In this document: piece after piece, positions 24,204 through 36,410 of the stretch | Numbering within the stretch: the stretch's first letter is position 1 | How the letters are laid out: each line of letters begins with the position of its first letter | Assembly (NCBI GenBank): GCA_001179505.1 | Contig: CDMY01000077.1 | Span: 1 to 64,000 of the forward strand | Length of the DNA: 64,000 bases | Reading direction: 5' to 3' | Source: Vitrella brassicaformis CCMP3155 | Taxonomy: Eukaryota; Protista; Chromerida | Position numbers and translations under genes: made by a program | Notes under the pieces: model-generated | Databases searched by the model: none | The model's input: the letters and a program-made list of their open reading frames with translations, nothing else | Told to the model about the DNA's origin: nothing

Positions 24204-24830
24204 TCAAGCAATCGACAAAAAAGTGAGCGCAGCGCATAAAACGGTCGGTCCACTGGCGCTATCTTGTTGAATGTGGACGTATAGCGACCGGATGGGCGAG
24301 GTGGTGTCCTCTTCCACCTCCCACCAGTCGTGTGTGGCCCGCAGCAGCAGGGTGGACGAGGTGGCCACGGGCGTGACGGCCATGCCGATGCTGGCAGCAT
24401 AGTGGCCCTCGGTCGATGCACCACTCTGATCGACCAACCAGACAGGCAGATTGTGAACAGACAGGGAGGGCAGATGGACATATGGATCCACGGCGGCTCC
24501 CTAACCCGTTTGCTGCATGATACAGAGAGTGTGTCGTTGGAGCAGTGTTGGCACGGCAGATACTCCAGCTGACTCAACACGACCGGGGCAGCATCCACAG
24601 GCGCCTGAAACCTGACATAAACCAACCAAGCAGCCACCATCCACGGCCATTCAGACACACATGGCATCCACCAACCTGATGGCGTGCCCCGTCCACTCCA
24701 TGATGTTGACCCCCGCGATGGACTGGGAGTGCGGCGGCCAAGACGTCGATGCCCTGGATGGGCGAAGCGGCGCCTCCATGCACCTCTTGATGTGACCGAG
24801 ATATCACACGCGCCTGGGCGCACATTCAGA
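24204..24830 (-). CDS. Cadherin-like/bacterial-Ig-like repeat protein fragment, possibly a pseudogene
   Basis: APVVLSQLEYLPCQHCSNDTLS and GMAVTPVATSSTLLLRATHDWWEVEEDTTSPIRSLYV resemble L-x-L-x-Y-x-P...DTL and VTPVND..V-x-ED cadherin-like repeat motifs. Frames do not join cleanly. Confidence 0.45.
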
Positions 24831-25470
24831 CAAAACAGACGTCTGAAGCAGTGACGTGTGTGCTCCTTGTCACTCACCGATTGGCCGAGGGCCTTCTGTG
24901 CAACCAGCGATATCCACCACATCACCAGGATTTCGGCTTGACGACTCATCGCTCCTCTAAAACGGCACTCGCTCGTTCCCCCATTGGCTCAGGCAGATCC
25001 ATCAATGCTCTCGGCGCCCCTCCTCGATGCTCGCAGAATGCACGCCGCGGCACACCATGGTCAGGTGAGACCTGTCACGGATCTCTCGGGCAAAACGTCA
25101 CTCGGGCAAACACCGCAGTTTGTAGCTTCTCATGATTACATCTCCGTGTGACCAGCACGACCGTACCCCTCTTGCAGCAGGCTGGCGGCAGGAGGGGCAC
25201 AGGCGCTCTGCCGGGCAGCAGGAGGGAGAGATCTCCCTTCGTAAGCTAAGCTCGCGTCCATTCGCAAGCTATCAAGCTCGCNCGCGTCCATTCGCAAGCT
25301 ATCAAGCTCGCACCCCCCCCCCCTCGCTGCGCATGCAAAGGAGAAGAGTTGTTCGCCTCGTGAGCCAAGACGAAGAGTCGTTGCAGGAGGAGAGCTGAAA
25401 GGATATTTGAGATTAGCACACCATGGAGGCCACTGATAGCCGAAGGTGAGCGGCGAATCCCCAAGGCAGA

Positions 25471-28298
25471 ATGTCGCGCGGCATGTGTGCATTTCGTGGC
25501 TGCAGGCCGCCGTCCATTCGATGGACGTTGCATAGGGACCGGGCGGGGGCGTTTGAGAGGACGAGAGGGAGTTTCCTTAGAGGGGCGGCAGATGCACTCA
25601 CATGGGCCGGCATCCTGCCGAAGACGGCCGCGTTTCTACGACAGGTACGCTGACGGGATTACCTCCACCCATCCATCCATCCATCCATCCATACGAGCAT
25701 CCTCACTCACGGCAGGCCTGACGCAATCCCATCTGTCTGTCCTTGTCTTGGTTTGTTGCTGTCGTGCAGTCGGTACCCGTTGTGCCAACTACACACCACG
25801 ACGGGGATGGAGCTCCAGCTGCAGCTGCGCGCACCGCTACCAGAGAGGATGCAACAAGGGAGGACAGCCGACACGACGGCCTGTCGCCTTGCAGCCCGTC
25901 ACCGAGGAGGCACCCTGACATGGACCACCGGCCAGACGACGCACAACCATCGCGTGGACCGTCACGTGCGCCATCTTCCATGCCCGTGTCGCCGTCAGCC
26001 GCGAGGCAGAGGGCCGTTGGTCAGGATATGTCCACAACGGACGGCTTCGAGGCTCACACAGAGCGGGACCCGCGGGGGCAGCGAGGCTTCGACAGTGACT
26101 ACGACAGGTCGGCTGCGGCGTCCCGAGCCCGCACACGACAGGTCGGCTGCGGCGTCCCGAGCCCGCACACAAGAAGACATCACCTCTGACGGACGGGATG
26201 AAGTAGTACGGAGGGAGCATGTGTCGCCCCGATCACCATCGAGGCGCGCTGAGACGAGCTACCAGCCAGAGGATGCGCAGCCACTAGGTGTGCCGTTACG
26301 TGGACCGTCCTCTCTGCCCGTGTCGGCATCAGCAGCGCATCACGTATCCTTCGGTCCAGACGGGGCCGATAGTTTTGATGATAGTCGGAGGAGAGCTGCC
26401 ATGGATGAGACGATTGAGGGGCGATTGATAGGGACCCTGGGCGAGGGGGAGGTGGCTGCAGCCGACGAGCATGAACACAGAGGGTCGGCTCCATCGCGGG
26501 GCCGCACCCAAGAAGGCCTGCGGGCAGAGGCAGCGAGGCCGCAGCCCTCAAGCGAGGACGTGCAGCGTTACGATGAAGGTGCTGTCAGCCGATCGCCGAG
26601 CAGACATGTCGACATGGGCTACCAGCCAGATGCTGAACTGCCATCGCCCCAGCGTCAGCAGCCCTCACGTCAGCCGACAGTGCGAGGCGACACGGCCGCC
26701 GCAGAACCAGTCGACAGACAGCCGTCGAGGCAGCTAACAGGCCCACCACCTGCACCGGACGCAAGCGCCTCACTCTCCCCGCATCCACTCGGTGCCAGCG
26801 AGGAGGACCAGCAGCAGCCCGACGACCGCAAGGACGCCACAGGGGAGGCGGCAGAGGGCGAGGGTGTGGGTGATGGAGAGGAGAAGGAGGATCAGACCGC
26901 TGTCGAGTCGGCTGCCGTAGTCGAGACGCAGCTGCCGCCGCCGAGCGAAGCATCGTCCCCCCCACCGCCATCGACAGCCATTGGGTCAGACAGCGAGCCC
27001 ACCTCGCCCCCTTCGTCCGCACACACATCGCCCGGACCCCCATCGCCCGCACCCGCCCCGCTCAGCCTGGCCGTCCCGCCCGTCGTTCGCCTCAACGGCT
27101 GCGTGTCGTTTCATTGCCGCCACAAACGACGGGACGGGGCGGGCCACTTCAGCGTTATCGAGGGTGTCCTTGTGTATGAGCGCGCCAAGCAGCAGGCCCC
27201 CGCCATCCTGAAACACGTGGAGAGGGAGCAGGGCAGCGAGGCGGTGGCTCGGCTGCTGCTGACCAACCTGAGGGAGGAGGGCGCCCATCTGCAGGGCCAG
27301 ATGGAGGTGGAGAAGCGGGCGGAGGGCGGCAGTCGGCAGTGGCGGTTTGGGCAGCGGGAGGGCCAGCCTGCAGGCGTCAGGCGCACGACGCCGCAGCTCT
27401 TCGCGGGGGTGCTGGACGTGCCGTGCCTGAGGGTGGCTGTGGTGGAGGGGGAGGGAGAGGGGAAGCGCTGCGTCAAGGAGTTTCCGGGCAGCTGTGTCAT
27501 CATGGAGAAGATAGGAAGCGGTCAGTCAGTCCGTCAGTGAGTTCCCGACAATCATCCACATGGCATCACTCTCGCTGTGTTTTCATCTGTCTGGACGGAC
27601 AGGGGTGACGGTCGAGGGGTTTATACTCGACTTCATGCCCGAGGCCATCCGCCAGCGCCAAGACGAGCGGTACTGCGCCGCCATGGCCTCCAATGTGGTG
27701 CGCTGCCTCCTGGCGCTGCACAGAGGCCGGCGGCTGCATGGGGACCTGCATGCCCGCAATGTGCTGGTGCGGGATCTGGCGACGGCCGAGGTGGCAGTGA
27801 TTGACTTCGAGAGCACGCGCCAGGCGGACCAGGTGGAGAGGGGCAGCCACGTCCCTGTGCGGACCAACCCCCCGGCGCCCTTCTTCACCCCCACCGCTCT
27901 CGAGGCAATCCTGGCCTACGAGGGGCAGGACGGCACGGGCATCTCGATCCCCATCGGCTACGTCACGGACTATGTCTGTGTGGCCTGGATCGTCCTGTGC
28001 CTGTCCTTGTCCCTCGTCAACGCCGGGTTCCTCCTCAAAGGCGCCAAGGCGGCCCTCAGCGACCTGCGCATGAGGTGTCGTGCGAAAGACATCACGGCAG
28101 AGGAGCTGCGCCGCGGCTATCAGGCCGCCATATCGGCCACTGTCGCCGACGCCCACCGCCGCGCAACCAGCAACAGGGCCAAGAGGGCGGTGGCTTTCTT
28201 CGCCTTCTGCTGCGACACAAGCGGGTCGGGTGGGAGATACCCGAGCTGGAGGGAGATGGAGAAGCGGGCGGAGGAATTCATCCGAGAGACAACCACTG
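25471..28298 (+). CDS. Atypical protein kinase with long low-complexity repeat N-terminus; frameshifted in this assembly
   Basis: AILKH (VAIK-like), LHGDLHARNVLV catalytic loop and VIDFES. Intron 27521-27602 keeps frame. A 34-bp tandem duplication at 26101-26168 breaks the frame. Confidence 0.72.
26101..26168 (+). repeat. Perfect 34-bp tandem duplication inside coding sequence
   Basis: ACGACAGGTCGGCTGCGGCGTCCCGAGCCCGCAC twice in a row. Confidence 0.95.
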
Positions 28299-28349
28299 GT
28301 GAGCGAGCGGGTGGGCGGGCAGCACTACACAGACACATATTGTGGTCGC

Positions 28350-30728
28350 ATGGATGCATGCCTTCTGGTCCTCCTGCTCGTTTATGTGTCCCTGTCAGAG
28401 CTCACGAAGGCGGCGGCCCATTATGTCGAGGGCGCCGTGGGGGACCTGTGTGTGCTGTGCCAGGGTGTGAGCATCGAGTACATCCCCCCGCTGAGCTTCA
28501 CCGACACCACCGGGCCCCCTCTCTACTTCCGCAAAGCCATCGTATCAGGCCCCCTACCCGCCCTCTCGTCAGGCGTCCACACACTCATGCTATCCCCAGA
28601 CCAACATGGCCGTGGCCGGCTCTCTCTCCACCTCACTCTCAACCCCACTGCACACCCCAAGGCGGCCACCAGTGCAACTGTGGTCTTCAGGCGAGCCGTT
28701 CAGCCATCTTGTGACATTTCGGTGTCGGCAGCGGGCACGCTGGAGGTGACAGATCTCAGCGCCATCGCCCTCGGCCCCGCTGTGTCTCTGTCGAGCGCTC
28801 AGCCGTCGGTGTGCACAGGTGTGGTTGTGGAGATGGGTGTGCGGATGGTGGGGGGGAACCGGACGAGTGGGAGTGCTGGTGTGGAGCTGCTGGGGCGGGG
28901 GAGCCTCTTCCACGACACGAACAGGGCTGTCGTGGGGAGCGTCCTGCAGGCTGACTCACTGCGCTATGACGGCAAGTATCTGGTGTTTGGCCCAGCGGCC
29001 CTCAATGACGTGAACACGGCTCTGAGGGATCTGTATTACCGGTGGATTCCCATCGACGGCCGGTACATGGAGAGGGGCAGCGACTTCTACGACCAGCTGT
29101 GGATCACTGTCTACGGCACAGAGGGCGACCCGACCCCCTCATCGTCTCTGTCCGTGCCCATTCGGGTGCATCCCGACTCCCCCGCCACGCCCAAGGTCGT
29201 CTTGGTCCATCCATCCACCCATCCACTTATCAGTGTGTTGCCCAACGGACGGGCCGTGTGGATGCATTGCAGTGCATTGATGTGTGCATGTGTTTGAGTA
29301 CGTCGCCACGTGTGGTGGGTGCGTGTGAGCGAGGAGAGAGAGAGAGGTGTCGTCGTGATGCGCCACACGTCCATCCATCCATGCATCTATCTATCTATCT
29401 ACCTCTTCATTGGTCTCTGTGTCGTCTGGCTGGCGTGGGTGTGTTGTGTGAGGGGCCTCGTGTACCATAATGCTTACTGCGTGCGTCTGGCCGCCACAAA
29501 AAAAGACAAGAAAAGGAGGGCCCATGGCCGGCTGTCTGGCCGTGGTGCCCTTCGAAAGCCTCTGTGTGATGGCTGCATGCATGTGTGTCTCTTTCCCCCT
29601 TCATGGCCTGGCTGATGACGGCTCTGCCCCTCACACTCACACACGTGTCCGCATGGCCGATGGGTTTCGTTTTCGCCTGCCTGTCCCTCTCAATTTCGTT
29701 CGTCTGGCATGTCTGTGTGCGTCATTCTTTCTGACGTCATTCAGTCAGTTTTTACTCGGTGGCTGGCGACAGACAGGGGGAAGGACGAGGAGAGAGAGGA
29801 AGAGCAAAGCCAAAGGCCCCCTAAAGAAGGCCGAGGGAGGAAACGGAAAGGCCCACAAGAAGGCAATACCAAAAGGAAAACGATACGCACTTATTCCCTC
29901 CCTCCCTCCAAGCACGCACTCCACCGACCGGTGAGTACGCAGGGCAGGGCTGTACATACATACATGCACTTGGCGCACACACACATGCAATGCACAGATG
30001 TCTTTGGTCGGTTGGCTGCTTCAGCTTAGGTTGAAGGCCGCTGTGTGTGTGTGGTGTGTGTGTTTGCTGGCCCGCCCGGCATGTTTATTCATCCAGGTAC
30101 ACACACGCGAACACTCTCAAATGCGCACACACATACAGACACACAGACACCCACACACCGATTTCTATCTGTCTGTCTGTATGTCTGTATGTGTGTGCTT
30201 TGTCCGTTGCTCACTAACTCAGGATTGGCATGAAGAAACGCGCTGGCCTTCGTGCAGGCGCCGCCATCAAGATCCCGCCGCCCGTCAAGGAGGTTGGAGG
30301 GGTGGGGGGTCGACTGGCTGTCGTTCGGCTGTGGCAAGTCATTCCTTCGGGAGTGCGTGCCTTAATGGCAAGTCATTCCTCCGGGAGTGCGTGCCTTAAT
30401 GGGTGTTGCTGTCCTTCGGGACGCTCGCCTTTCATAGTTTGGCTGGACGACAGCTCTTCGTCGGCACCCCGCCCACGCCCGGCCCCCCTCGATTGGCTAC
30501 GAGATCTTGAAAGACGGCACCGTGGCCATCGACAGACACACGCCATCACGCCATCCTGCCTTCTCCGGCCACCACAGGCCGTCGGCTCAGGGCCCTTCTC
30601 GTCGGGGTAGCGCCTACGCATGGACGCACGCGACTCAGACAGACAGACAGACAGACACCCGCCGACCCGTGTGGATGTCTCGCTGTGTTTGTTGTCTGCA
30701 GGTTAGTAAGCCGTGCACTCCTCAGTGA
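28350..30728 (+). CDS. Secreted or surface protein with cadherin/Ig-like domain and basic C-terminal tail
   Basis: Possible signal peptide MDACLLVLLLVYVSLS. Long exon with FGPAALNDVNTALRDLYY...DQLWITV...VPIRVHPD. Later small exons KSKAKGPLKK, MKKRAGLRAG and VSKPCTPQ*. Exon chain uncertain. Confidence 0.55.
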
Positions 30729-32412
30729 GTGAGCGGTCTTGAACGCCTTGATGGGGGGGCCCGAGTGATGGATGGCGCGGCCCATTAACACACCGGTGAG
30801 TCAGTCTGGCCGAGAGAGAGGGCGAGTGTCCCGTCGGAGCCGTACCACCGAGTCACCGCAGTATGGCCCCTAGCCCCCGGCTGCTGCCAAGGGTCCCCGC
30901 GCCCGTTCGTTTGTGTCGCTGGACGAGCAGGACGAGCTGGAGCCGTCGGGTGAGCGCCGTTTGCGGCGCGCTGGCCGGTCACTCGGCTCAGTGGTGGTGT
31001 CCATGGAGGCAGAGGAGGGCGACCAGGGCAACGGCGAAAAACTCGTGTGGGAGGAGGAAGGCCACCAGTCATCAGTGGGTGGACGCCAGCACTGCCTGAA
31101 GCACACTCGACACCCTCGCTCCTCAACGGCGTCCCCGACTCAGCCGCAACACCACCATGGCCCCTGACGGCCCCATCCCCCACCCCACACCCAGCGCACC
31201 CCTGCAGCCCGCTGCAGGCGACACCACCACCACCACCAATGGGACAACGACGAGTGTGGGCCATATGGTGAACCCGCCCAGAGCAGGGCTGGGCGACAAG
31301 ACGGACGCTGACGCCGATGCGGCCGACGTCAAGGGCGATGTTAGTGTTGGCTGCAGCACAGTACCTCACTCTATGACCACTCTATGTGTGGTGGTGCTTG
31401 TCGGGGGCGGGAGGTCGGCCGGTGGGTGGATGGATGGATGGGTGGGTGGATGGTGTCGGTCAGGGCCTGGGTGAGTGCGGCTGGGGGCAGTGCGTGAGAT
31501 GTGTGCGTGCATCCATGTCGACGACTTACCGCTGACTGACTGATTGTAATATTTTTGGTCCATCCTGTCTGTGGTGGCTGACGGCGTGTGATGGTGCGTG
31601 ATATGGCTTGGCGTGGATGGACACACTTACTGCGGATTTGCCCTTCGTGCGTGCGGTGCGTGTTGGATATTTTTCCATGGAATGAATTCCATTATTGACT
31701 GGTGCAGTGCAGCTGGTGCATGGCTCGTGGCTCGTGCCGTGGCGCATGGGTATCTGTCCGATTGATCGGCGCACCAATTGATTAACACGACTATCTCTCA
31801 CCACACCGCACACCGCACCACACGACACTTACCTGCAGCCGTACGTCTGCTGGCTTTATGTTCGTGTTACTTATTTGGTGGCTGAGCTGAGCTGCACCCA
31901 TCGCACACAGATGTGATTGTGGGTGCGTCACATACATATCTGCGTGGCTGTGTAGGCTTTTAGTACCACCCGCCGGCTGCCGTGGCAGGTGTAGGTACAA
32001 TCACCGCGCTTCTCATTTTGGGCTTGCCGCCCGCACTGCCCCCACCGCACATACGCGTGCAGTGCAGGTGTGTGTCGTGCCGATTGGTTTTGGCGCCGCT
32101 GACGACTCCCTGCCGACTGTACACTCACCGGCAGCAGCCGTATACCTATCATGCTCACACACACACACACACGTGTGGCCTCCACACTCCCGCGGCAGAC
32201 AGGCGTTTCATGTGTCTGCCTGCCTGCCTGCCTGCCTGCCTGTGTGCAGTCAGTGCAGCGAGTGGTCCGCCGCCTGTGAGATGCTGTCAGCATCTTGTTC
32301 GTTTGGTTAGTCGGCCGGTTGTTCTTGTGTGTCAGCTTCGATCGAGCTTTTGTGTGTGTTACAGTCACCATCACACTCGAGCTTCTGTGTCTGTGTGTTT
32401 GTGTTTGTGTCA

Positions 32413-34309
32413 CTATCTTGTGTGATGTGCGTGAGTTTGGTGTGGCACTTTTGTTTGTCGATGCACTCTCTGTCTGTGTGCGGTGCACCTGTGCGCACGG
32501 GCTTGTGTGGCTGAATAAATGTCTCGGTATTCGACCCAGAAAGAGAGGAATGAGCGCATGTGTGGTCCGAAGAGCGAGTTGCTGACAGGCCGGTTGCACA
32601 GACGTTGAGAGTGATCAATGCAATGCGCCACACACATTGACGTCATTCCCCGACTAAGCTGACCAATCCACCCACAAACACCTGTAGTGGCAGGGAGTCG
32701 TCACCGCACTGTGTGGATTTGGGATATCCAACGGTCGAATATAAAATGTAAGCAGCAATGGATCTGACACAGACAGACAGACAGACAGACGTGAAGGAAG
32801 GGCAACCGACATGACTCTGTCTGTGGCTCAGCCGGCTGACCGCATCGCTGATGGACATGGTGCGGGGGCCCTTGAAGATCAGCGAGTCGCTCAGAGGCGC
32901 CGCGGCTCGAACGATCTCAAACGCACTCTGAGTGCACGTAATCAATCAATCAGTCAATCAACGGCAGGCGGGCAGGAAGGCAACAGACAGACAGACACAG
33001 ACGCCACACACAATAGGATGATATAATAGCATACGGCACGCATAGCATAATAGGACTGGACTACGTGCCGTGCCGTGCATGTGTGTTATGTTGTGCTCGT
33101 GGCGTGGCGTGGCGCACGTACCATGTTGGCCTTCTCGCCCATCTCGTCAAGCCGATACGGCCCCTCTCGACAGTAGGCCGGCCCCCACGGCGCGTCGAGG
33201 TGGACGGCAGCAAACTTGTGCTCCTCGGTGCCCGCCAGGTCAAAGAAGTCGCCCTGCTCGACACACACACGCTGCGCGACACCTACACACGTGCACAGGG
33301 AGGGAGGGAGGGAGGGAGAGACATGGATACATACATGCATGCATCCATCCATCCATCCACCCTTATTTCCCATCAGCGTAGCGTGCAGGCAGGCGCACCC
33401 ACCGTGGACTCTAGCATTGTGCTTGGCGTGTGCGACGTTGGTGTTGTTGATGTCGATCGCCCGCACGTCGAGGCCCGCCGCGGCCATCGATGCCGTCTGC
33501 CCGCCGACCCCGCAGAAGGCGGCCAAGACCCTCTGGCCGGGGAAGAAGCCATGGATGACCGACGAGATGGCGTCCGCGATATACTTGGGCATCAGAGACT
33601 TGCTGCACGCGCATGTACGTACATATGTGGTGGGTAGGTGGGTGGGTGGGGGTGGAAGGGTGGGTAGAACAGGGGACACACATCAACCAAACCAATCAAT
33701 ACACACACAGTGTACTTAGTTAGAGGGCAGAGGCTGCTCTGCTCTGCTCGGCCTTTCTTTCCCTCCCTGTGTGTCCTCACTCCCTCACTCACTGACTCAC
33801 TCACCGCATGGCAGCGACGTACTTGACCTGCCTCCACAGCTTGCCCCATAGCCACTCGTTGGACGTCTGCAGACAGCAGGCGCCAGAAGAGGACAGCCAA
33901 GAAAGAAAGACACAAACAAGAGAGAGAGAGAATGCATGTGCAGAGCATACATACACACATATAGGCATTGATGCAACAAACATGGATGCGATCATGCATG
34001 TGTGTATTGATCAATCCATCCATCGAGTCAGTCAGTCATGATATACATTTTGTGTATGTCTCACTGACTCACATTGAAGTGCGGACACTCCCGGATGACG
34101 ATAGCCACCCTGCACAGAACCTGGATGTCACGCGGCCGAGCCTGGTCCCTGGCCACCTCAGCTACGGGCGGCTGCACGACCGAGGGGTCATGCTTGACGG
34201 CTGGCGGGGTTGGCGAGGGGCTTTCCTTAAGCTTGGCCTCCTCCTCCTCCTCCTCCTCCTCGGCGTCGGACACGTCTCGCTGCGTATTCATGGACGACGC
34301 AGAGATCAT
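32413..34309 (-). CDS. Divergent TGS1-like RNA cap guanine-N2 methyltransferase
   Basis: SLMPKYIADAI; RVLAAFCGVGGQT; AIDIN...AKHNARVHG|VAQRVCVEQGDFFDL; LDAPWGPAY; AFEIVRAAAPLSDSLIFKGPRT. Acidic N-terminus. Both ends approximate. Confidence 0.75.
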
Positions 34310-34455
34310 CTGAAGGAAGGGGGGATGAACCAACCAACCAACCAACCAGCCAAGGACATATATGCTGAACGAACGGGTGGCTGATGCGATGCGCAGCGCA
34401 TGTGTGTGAGTGTGACGTGATTGATAGGTAGGTACTACGTGGCCTGGCTTGCGTC

Positions 34456-34914
34456 CACCCCATGGAAGGCTCCTCCCTTGTATTTGAAATTTTTTAAAAT
34501 TACTCCTTCGATTTTTTGAGGGGTTTGGGAGGTTTTAAAATGTAGATGGCTGGTTTGGAGGTGGCGAAGTGAAGAGGGTTTAAACGGGTTTTCAATGGCT
34601 AAAACAAGCCTCAAAAGCCTCAAAATAGCATTTCCTGCCCCCCCCCCCCCCCAAGGCCGGGACGAGAAGGATCGATCTGCACAAACCACACCGCATACAC
34701 ATATGCCATGAGTGCCCACTGTCAGGGTTCGAACTCCAGTTAGCGCCGTTAGTGGGGCTCGCGGTCAAGCTGGAAATAAAATTTCTCCTCGATTTTTTAT
34801 TTATTTGCGTTGTTTTAAATATTTTCCGCCTATTTGACGGTTTTTACATATTTTTCGGCACATTTGGGACGTTTTAAAAGTTGCCCGATCAAGGGAGGAG
34901 GCTTCCACGGGGTG
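34456..34914. mobile_element. MITE (non-autonomous DNA transposon), 459 bp, 25-bp TIRs, 8-bp TSD
   Basis: Left TIR CACCCCATGGAAGGCTCCTCCCTTG (34456-34480). Right TIR 34890-34914 reverse-complements to CACCCCGTGGAAGCCTCCTCCCTTG (23/25). Flanks CTTGCGTC and CCTGCGTC (7/8). AT-rich non-coding interior. Confidence 0.9.
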
Positions 34915-35203
34915 CCTGCGTCACGTACGTGGGTCGTCTCGCCGACGACCTGGGAGGTGCCACGCTGTGCCGCGAGAATGGCGCCGCCCATCGCCTCGTC
35001 CCGCTGAACCTGACAATAGAGAGATTAATCCATTCATTCATCGATGGATGCATCGATGGATGAATGAGTCCTTGTTGTGTGCTTTCATTAAGCTTGGCCC
35101 TGTTTGGCGTGCCCAAACCCCCCGACCTTGACCTCAGGTCTGCATAAAAGGTAGACACATCACACAGACACACACACACATATACAAACACAGGATTCAT
35201 TCA

Positions 35204-35916
35204 TCAGTGGGTTGGCTGTGGGGCCTTCAGGTCCATCTCCCTTCGGTCCGGACTCCCGCGGTTGCAATGGTTGCTATGATCGCGGAGGCCGCGTTTCCTG
35301 TCATACCCCAACAATTTGCAATGCATGCGCTTCATATTGCGCATGCCTCTGACCTTCTTGAAGCGCCGTGTTGGTGGCGTTTCCATTCCTTCAAAAGCAG
35401 CAGCTGGAGGCTGTTGCGGTGCGGAACGGTCCTGCAAAGCCAATGCACACAGCCATCATTGCAAACAATACTCTTCACCCTCAGTTGACCTGAAGCAGCA
35501 CACCAGGAGGAAGAGCGGCCGCGGGCAGGGCAATGACGCCAGCCCACATGCCGTCTCGCCGTCTCGCTTTTCTCGCCACTTTTTTTGTCTCACCAGGCGA
35601 ATCAGTTGCAGATGGGAACGCGTTCGTGGTGGTGTGATCTGGGCGCAGGCATCCACAGCCAGCTTGCCCTGACGATTGGTGCGCCCCAAGAGCCCAAATG
35701 CAGTTTTGTCCGCTTACTATTGATGGCCACTGCAGGGGAGTTGAGAAGCCCTTCGAACATCATCAGGCGCTTCTCGTACTCTAGCAACAACTTGTCCTTG
35801 TCCGCAAGCCACCCCGCCAGCAGGTCATCCTTCTCGAATGAATCCTTCTCTGCATTCCGCCCCTCGCCGGTGCCGTCCTCGCCATCGTCCCGTCGATGTG
35901 AACCCCGGCGCACCAT
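35204..35916 (-). CDS. Possible small hypothetical protein
   Basis: Charged ORF MVRRGSHRRDDGEDG...LLLEYEKRLMMFEGLL with a GTAAG donor and a downstream ORF ending at 35204. No domain. Confidence 0.3.
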
Positions 35917-36410
35917 TTCACATCAACCTGAGTCGTTGCCGCCGCCCCGTGGTTGTGTCGTGCTCTCAGCACAAGGGAAAAGGCGGATGGCCGAAGCAGC
36001 CATCTGAGGAATTTCAAAGGCGGCAGGAGGGGAAACCTGGGATGGAGCAGACGAAGCAGCTGCCAGGAGGAGGCGATGCCCAATCGCTGAAGAGCTGGAA
36101 GGCCTGGAAGGAAAAGAAAATCCGCAACAACGAAGCGCGGAAAAGGTGCGAAAACCAGCCGTCTCGGATTCTCGCCGTCTCGCTTTGAATTCTCTCGCCA
36201 GTCTATTTTTCTTTTTTTCCACCCAAGAAAGCGCCCCGGCATGAGAGAAACACGTCTGCATGCACGCAATGGAATGGCCACTCACGTTGAGTCACTACAT
36301 TTGTCTCACTCACCGTACCAGGCCGACACACTGCGATTCGACTTACTTATATATGTACAGTCAAACATGGAGGTGCATAGAAACGGTCTTTCCTATGAGC
36401 GTGTCTGCCT

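Noticed and set aside
25253-25311. 29-bp direct repeat around a single N
   Set aside because: Perfect duplication flanking N at 25282 is a typical gap-closing artefact.
30785-31474. Short GC-rich ORFs on both strands
   Set aside because: No domain or consistent splice chain; may be extra exons of the 28350 gene but unsupported.
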